Positions 61,618 through 64,000 of a stretch of DNA of 64,000 nucleotides are shown piece after piece. A program made the position numbers and the translations under genes. How positions within the stretch are numbered: position 1 is the first letter of the stretch; each line of letters opens with the position of its first letter. Below the pieces are notes generated by a model. That model was given only the letters and a program-made list of their open reading frames with translations. It ran no database searches and had not been told where the DNA came from. Source of the DNA: Candidatus Saccharimonadota bacterium (lineage in GTDB: Bacteria; Patescibacteriota; Saccharimonadia; Saccharimonadales; OFTM59); the NCBI GenBank assembly GCA_029260875.1, contig JAJDCL010000027.1:7354-71353 (forward strand), given 5' to 3'.

Positions 61618-61980
61618 TCAAAGCTTGCCAAGCACAAACCGGACAACTGACTGCGCGATAGCAACGACAACAATACCGATAAGCGCGTAAATAATCGTGT
61701 TTTTGGCGCTACTAATGGAATTACTATCGCCATTAGATGTAACGTATTTCAGCCCACCTATAATAACCATGATAACAGCTATAACACCTACTACAACGCT
61801 CAGAATATCTATAGCCGATTTTACCGCTTTATCGACTGATGTGCTTTCGGTGCCAGTTATATCCACGCCCTGCTTAATGTCCTCTTTGGATTGCGCTAAA
61901 GCCAGGGTGGGTATCCCAACGGCAATAATCATACTCAACGAAACAACCCCAGTGATTATTTTTTTGATTAGTGAATTCAT
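61618..61980 (-). CDS. T4SS-type pilin-like protein, paralog 5
   Basis: Signal peptide (...TLALAQS), then helix, GGLKYVTSNGDSNSISSAKNTIIYALIG, and a second helix. Confidence 0.6.
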   Translation of the reverse strand: MNSLIKKIITGVVSLSMIIAVGIPTLALAQSKEDIKQGVDITGTESTSVDKAVKSAIDILSVVVGVIAVIMVIIGGLKYVTSNGDSNSISSAKNTIIYALIGIVVVAIAQSVVRFVLGKL

Positions 61981-62008
61981 TCTTACGCCCCTTGTTCTTT
62001 AAATTCTA

Positions 62009-62413
62009 TTATAGTTTATTAAGCACAAAAATCACGATTCCTTGCGCTGCTGCAGCCACTGCCATGCCAATCAGAGCATATGTGATGGTGTTTCTGGCCT
62101 TACTAACATTGGCAGGGTCACCACTTGCCAGCGCATATCTTAACCCTGCAACTATAAGAACAATTATTGCGGCCACCCCGACGAGCATGCTGATAATACC
62201 AGTAGCTTTTGTGATTATGCCGTTTGGCCCATAGATTGAATTGTTTTCATGACTCTGTTGGACGGAGTTATCTTTGCAAAGCGTAGCCCCAGAGGACTCC
62301 TTGCAAGCTTGCTCAAGAGGGTTTACCGCCCCCAGAACTGGTGTTGGCAGCGATAACATCAGGATCAAGCTCATAAATGCGGCTGCTCTTTTTATGATTG
62401 ATGTTAGGTTCAT
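62009..62413 (-). CDS. T4SS-type pilin-like protein, paralog 4
   Basis: Signal peptide (...PVLGA), a Cys pair (CKESSGATLC), and AGLRYALASGDPANVSKARNTITYALIG between two helices. Confidence 0.6.
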   Translation of the reverse strand: MNLTSIIKRAAAFMSLILMLSLPTPVLGAVNPLEQACKESSGATLCKDNSVQQSHENNSIYGPNGIITKATGIISMLVGVAAIIVLIVAGLRYALASGDPANVSKARNTITYALIGMAVAAAAQGIVIFVLNKL

Positions 62414-62697
62414 AGCCTATCCAAAAGTAAATTCACAATACCAAAGGACACTAAACAGACCAGGAGACCAACAAGCGCGTAGATAATAGCGTTCTTGGCC
62501 TTGGCTGCTTGTTCAGGGTTACCCATAGACACGACATACTTAAAGCCCGCTATCGCGATCACTAGCATAGCAATCCCGCCAGCAACCCCAAGGGCCAGCT
62601 TAAACGCGCTAGCTACCGTCGCATCAGTAAGCTCGGGTTTTGGGATAGTAACCTGATCCTTAGTAAGCTGAGCCAGTGTCTGTAGTGCTGCTTTCAT
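62410..62697 (-). CDS. T4SS-type pilin-like protein, paralog 3 (short, no obvious signal peptide)
   Basis: AGFKYVVSMGNPEQAAKAKNAIIYALVG between two helices. ATGA-type 4-nt overlaps with both neighbouring genes. Confidence 0.55.
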   Translation of the reverse strand: MKAALQTLAQLTKDQVTIPKPELTDATVASAFKLALGVAGGIAMLVIAIAGFKYVVSMGNPEQAAKAKNAIIYALVGLLVCLVSFGIVNLLLDRL

Positions 62698-63209
62698 CCT
62701 AAGCTCCGTCCAATAAGATTAACTATGGCTACGGCAGAAACTGTTATAGCGATGCCGATCAATGCATTTACTATTGTAGAACGAGCGTTCTTAGTCTTTT
62801 CTGGGTCCCCTTGACTTGTTTGATATTGAAATGCGCCCCAGATAACAAAGGCCACCGCTGCCAACCCGCCAGCCCGAATGATAATCTCAAAAATGGCTAG
62901 TAAAATCTTTGTTATATCGTCTGGGAAAGTCACAATAGGGGAGCATCTGCCAGCTATAATCTCAGCATTATCCAGGTATTTATACCATGTAGGGAAGCCC
63001 AAAAACCCGCCCCCGGACGCTGGTTGACATCCCAAACTGACCGGTTCAGGGGTGGGTGTTGACCCGTCTGGGCAGAGTACTCCTGGTGCAGCAGGACCAG
63101 CTGGCCCTCCGGGACAGCCGGGCGGTATAGATTGAGCTCGTGTAGGCACCGAAAAATACAACAAACCAATCAGCGACAGTGAAGTAATATATAAAATTAG
63201 TTTTTTCAT
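62694..63209 (-). CDS. T4SS-type pilin-like protein, paralog 2 (Pro/Gly/Cys-rich ectodomain)
   Basis: Start at ATG 63209 (MKKLILYITSLSLIGLLYFSVPTRAQS). Four Cys in the ectodomain. GAFQYQTSQGDPEKTKNARSTIVNALIG between two helices. Confidence 0.6.
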   Translation of the reverse strand: MKKLILYITSLSLIGLLYFSVPTRAQSIPPGCPGGPAGPAAPGVLCPDGSTPTPEPVSLGCQPASGGGFLGFPTWYKYLDNAEIIAGRCSPIVTFPDDITKILLAIFEIIIRAGGLAAVAFVIWGAFQYQTSQGDPEKTKNARSTIVNALIGIAITVSAVAIVNLIGRSLG

Positions 63210-63213
63210 ATAC

Positions 63214-63651
63214 TTAGACCACGCCCCCCGGAACAATCCATTGCAAGAACGCAAATGTAAATAAATATAGAATTAAAGCCATAATTGCATTAAGTATGCC
63301 GATACGTGCGTTGTGAACAATCTGCGGATTTTCGCGCGCCGCCGTATACTGAATGCCCCTAACAGCTATCATAATCACAATCACCACACCCACTGCCGCA
63401 GATAAGAATCTAATGAAAAGCTGTAGGTATGCCACCACACTGCAGTTTTCGGCATTGATGCCGGTTTTGCTCTGGCATCCGCAAGCATCTCTATAGGCTT
63501 TGCCTGTTAAGTTGGAGGTCGTACAGTTAGTCTCGGCAGCAGATACGGTGGCCCCCAAAACAACGTTATACAAAAAAACAGAACACACAACGAACAGACC
63601 GCTCAGTATCAACCTTATTAGCTTTGTGTTTTGCAATTTGAACATTTTCAC
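63214..63651 (-). CDS. T4SS-type pilin-like protein, paralog 1 (Cys-rich ectodomain)
   Basis: Signal/TM segment, five Cys (CTTS..C.C....C), and RGIQYTAARENPQIVHNARIGILNAIMA between two helices. Confidence 0.55.
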   Translation of the reverse strand: MKMFKLQNTKLIRLILSGLFVVCSVFLYNVVLGATVSAAETNCTTSNLTGKAYRDACGCQSKTGINAENCSVVAYLQLFIRFLSAAVGVVIVIMIAVRGIQYTAARENPQIVHNARIGILNAIMALILYLFTFAFLQWIVPGGVV

Positions 63652-63762
63652 TAATTATATTCTCCATGAGCCCAGCGCACAAGTTTTTGATGCTGTAGGG
63701 TACAATAACAATAAATCGCTTATGGCTGATGTGTGTCTGTTATAATTTATCCAGAGTCGCTC

Positions 63763-64000
63763 ATGAAAAAAAATATCTTTATTGGTTTAATGCTGACAGT
63801 GTTTGGCGCGTCGATGATAATGACGCTGTTCCCCCAGAGGTCACTTGCAGCGCGGGGCGAGGTTAGCGGCACCTGGGAAAGCAGTGCTCAAATTTATCTG
63901 ACCGATGACCATGTGACGGATGAAGACAAAGTCATATACCAAACTTTTGTTGATCCTAGCCCCGGCAATCCTGATCGTCATTTTTATATACGGGGCGAAA
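63763..64000 (+). CDS. Secreted hypothetical protein, N-terminal fragment (runs off window end)
   Basis: Hand translation: MKKNIFIGLMLTVFGASMIMTLFPQRSLAARGEVSG..., i.e. a signal-peptide-like start. No stop occurs before base 64000, and it is not in the ORF track. Confidence 0.5.
   Translation, partial: MKKNIFIGLMLTVFGASMIMTLFPQRSLAARGEVSGTWESSAQIYLTDDHVTDEDKVIYQTFVDPSPGNPDRHFYIRGE

Overview
Gene-dense window, mostly minus-strand, from a small-genome bacterium. TGA is used as a stop (for example mutM at 3717-3719), so the genetic code is standard. The gene content suggests a CPR/Patescibacteria organism, plausibly Saccharibacteria; this is an inference, not a search result. That content includes groES/groEL with a CIRCE operator, an LPXTG surface protein, six tandem T4SS-type pilin-like paralogs, CapA/VanY envelope genes, salvage and house-cleaning nucleotide enzymes, a CarS-like lipid gene, and many orphan membrane proteins.

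Recognisable core genes: rpsT, holA, mutM, polA, rpoD, dnaG, orn, msrB, mscL, gdh, argS, groEL/groES, murE, tsaD, valS, purF, comFC and hsp20. There are four tRNAs (Ser-CGA, Arg-GCG, Ser-GCU, Ser-UGA) and one decayed tRNA-Ser fragment. I saw no rRNA and no CRISPR array.

Most interesting observations:
1. A ~5.4 kb island directly 3' of tRNA-Ser(UGA). It carries a large serine recombinase and a two-gene cargo: a 470-aa protein ending in a 2H-phosphoesterase domain, and a 737-aa protein with a PD-(D/E)xK-like nuclease core and a conserved C-terminal module.
2. A tandem array of six divergent VirB2/TrbC-like pilin paralogs.
3. A family of TTAACA-N-CGATCG-N-TGTTAA palindromes. Two copies bracket a PaaX-like regulator gene and a third lies upstream of the LPXTG gene.
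4. A dispersed AT-rich intergenic element, including an identical 18-mer in two loci; one copy sits in an unusually long groES-groEL spacer.
5. A CarS-like / CDP-alcohol transferase / PHP lipid cluster.
6. A DnaG primase that has lost all four zinc ligands.
7. A four-gene orphan block that includes a minimal kinase-like protein.

Two coding regions are missing from the ORF track and were found by hand translation: 1..1164 (-) and 47608..47778 (-).
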